Shown one piece after another: positions 62,968-64,000 of a stretch of DNA of 64,000 nt. The position numbers and the translations under genes were made by a program. The DNA is taken from NCBI GenBank assembly GCA_965369325.1, contig CBDUQI010000003.1, forward strand, positions 3,639-67,638, given 5' to 3'. The first letter of the stretch is position 1; every line of letters starts with the position of its first letter. This DNA is from an uncultured Gammaproteobacteria bacterium (GTDB lineage Bacteria; Pseudomonadota; Gammaproteobacteria; Steroidobacterales; JBCBZW01). The notes under the pieces are model-generated. The model was not told the origin of the DNA. It made no database searches and saw nothing but the letters and a program-made list of their open reading frames with translations.

Positions 62968-64000
62968 CTATAAGCGGACTTCTACGAACGCCTCATCGCG
63001 CAACTGGCGCAGCCAGCGCTCGGTTTCGATTTCTTGTTTTTCGCGGCGAATGGCCAGGAACACTTTATTGCGCTGAACATCGTCGGTGGAGTCGTAGTCT
63101 CGTTTGCCGAGCAACTCGATAATGTGCCAGCCGAATTCCGATCGCACCGGCTCGCTGATGGTGCCGGGGCTTAGCTGCGCCAGTGCCGCTTCAAATGGGG
63201 GCACGAAGGTATCGGGATTGGTCCAGTCCAGGTCGCCGCCGGCGTTGCCCGAGCCGCCGTCTTCGGAATGCTCTTTGGCCAGCGTGGCGAAATCCTCACC
63301 ATCCAGGATGCGCTGGCGCAGAGCTGCTGCCCGCTGGCGTGCCTGTTCGAGCGTGACCACTTCATTGGGTTTGATAAGAATGTGGCGCACGTGCCGCTGC
63401 TGCACGATCACCTTATCAGCGCCGCGCGTCTCCGCCAGTTTGACAATGTGGTACCCGCTGGGGCTTTCGAGCGCCTCGGACACTTGCCCTTCGCTCAGGC
63501 CGATGGCCACATTCACAAACAACGTGGGCATCTCGGAGGTGCGCATCCAGCCCAGGTCACCGCCCGACAAGGCAGTCTGCCCGGCCGAGTAGGCGACCGC
63601 CATGCGCGAGAAGTCCTCGCCGTCGCGCAGACGCTGCACCAGATCGCTGGCCTGATCGCGGGCCTCCGCGATGTCCTCTGCGCGGGCTGAGCTGGGGGTG
63701 GCAATCAGAATGTGCTGCAAGCGGTACTCGATGCTTTCATCACGCCCTTCCTGCTCGCGCATGCGTCGGTCTACCTCGGCTTGCGGAATTTGGATGCGGG
63801 CAGTGACGTCACGCGCGCGTAACTGCTCCAGGATCATCTCCCGGCGCATTTCCTCACGGTACTCGCCGTAGCCGATGCCTTGGGATTCCAGCGCTGCCGG
63901 CAGCTCATTAAATGCGATGTTATTACGTTCGGCGACGGCGGTCAGTGCCCGGTTCAGGGTATCGTCGTCCATGCGGATGCCCAGGCGTTCGGCCCGCTGT
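62968..64000 (-). CDS. surA: periplasmic chaperone / peptidyl-prolyl isomerase SurA (5' end beyond window)
   Basis: Two parvulin domains are present (HILI..GGDLGW and HILIK..GGDLDW). The ORF is open to the right window edge. The stop lies 1 nt from the pdxA start. Confidence 0.9.
   Translation of the reverse strand, partial: QRAERLGIRMDDDTLNRALTAVAERNNIAFNELPAALESQGIGYGEYREEMRREMILEQLRARDVTARIQIPQAEVDRRMREQEGRDESIEYRLQHILIATPSSARAEDIAEARDQASDLVQRLRDGEDFSRMAVAYSAGQTALSGGDLGWMRTSEMPTLFVNVAIGLSEGQVSEALESPSGYHIVKLAETRGADKVIVQQRHVRHILIKPNEVVTLEQARQRAAALRQRILDGEDFATLAKEHSEDGGSGNAGGDLDWTNPDTFVPPFEAALAQLSPGTISEPVRSEFGWHIIELLGKRDYDSTDDVQRNKVFLAIRREKQEIETERWLRQLRDEAFVEVRL

Noticed and set aside
59665-64000. 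The apaH-apaG-rsmA-pdxA-surA cluster as something unusual.
   Set aside because: This is the classical conserved gammaproteobacterial operon order. The only deviation is a 213-nt apaG-rsmA spacer, in which I found no recognisable element.
1-64000. CRISPR arrays, rRNA genes, prophage or defence-island signatures.
   Set aside because: Apart from the intergenic spacers described above (the largest 551 nt), which show no array periodicity, the sequence is covered by ordinary ORFs with no regularly spaced short repeats. I saw no integrase, nuclease/helicase, restriction-modification or toxin-antitoxin-like genes. The only mobile-element trace is the IS630-type HTH ORF.

Overview
This is a 64-kb GC-rich chromosomal segment, most likely from a marine gammaproteobacterium. 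That placement is inferred from gene content and order only. All calls rest on reading the ORF translations and the DNA by eye, and no similarity search was run. I call about 48 protein-coding genes and found no rRNA, tRNA or CRISPR array. Layout: (1-8.9 kb) a 5'-truncated pyruvate carboxylase is translationally coupled to a short archaeal-type SAH hydrolase, followed by a minus-strand operon of glgP, STAS antagonist, sugar-1-P nucleotidyltransferase and RsbW-like kinase. (9-18.7 kb) is a housekeeping block: amidinotransferase-fold protein, SPFH, M61 peptidase, Kelch lipoprotein, EamA, plsY, birA, coaX and a SPOR protein. (18.7-34.4 kb) is an accessory-looking surface and sensing block. It starts with an AT-rich spacer carrying a repeated motif and holds a 62-aa secreted peptide gene, an orphan propeller/Y_Y_Y histidine kinase and a 1697-aa PKD/TSP3/dockerin-like/beta-helix repeat protein. 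It also holds a Cys-rich zinc-ribbon protein, two secreted proteins of unknown function, a 551-nt GC-rich spacer, an M19 dipeptidase and an acidic periplasmic protein. (34.7-40 kb) holds aceK, TauE, an M20 amidohydrolase and a DegT aminotransferase. (40-45.4 kb) holds a doubly degenerate GGDEF-EAL protein and a propeller/Y_Y_Y diguanylate cyclase. (45.5-51.1 kb) holds cysJIH and a cysB-like regulator. (51.3-55.1 kb) holds a pseudo-receiver/PAS gene with a collapsed GGDEF domain, an alpha/beta hydrolase, a PEP-CTERM protein and an IS630-type HTH-only ORF. (55.1-59.6 kb) is an aerobic kynurenine-to-quinolinate operon. (59.7-64 kb) is the conserved apaH-apaG-rsmA-pdxA-surA block. The best candidates for undescribed biology are: (i) the sigma-less and phosphatase-less partner-switching pair wrapped around a nucleotidyltransferase downstream of glgP; (ii) the sensing and adhesin neighbourhood at 18.7-31.9 kb, including the small secreted peptide beside the orphan kinase; (iii) the kynurenine operon with a variant cyclase-family formamidase candidate and a start/stop-overlapping HExxH protein. 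None of these is proven from sequence alone.
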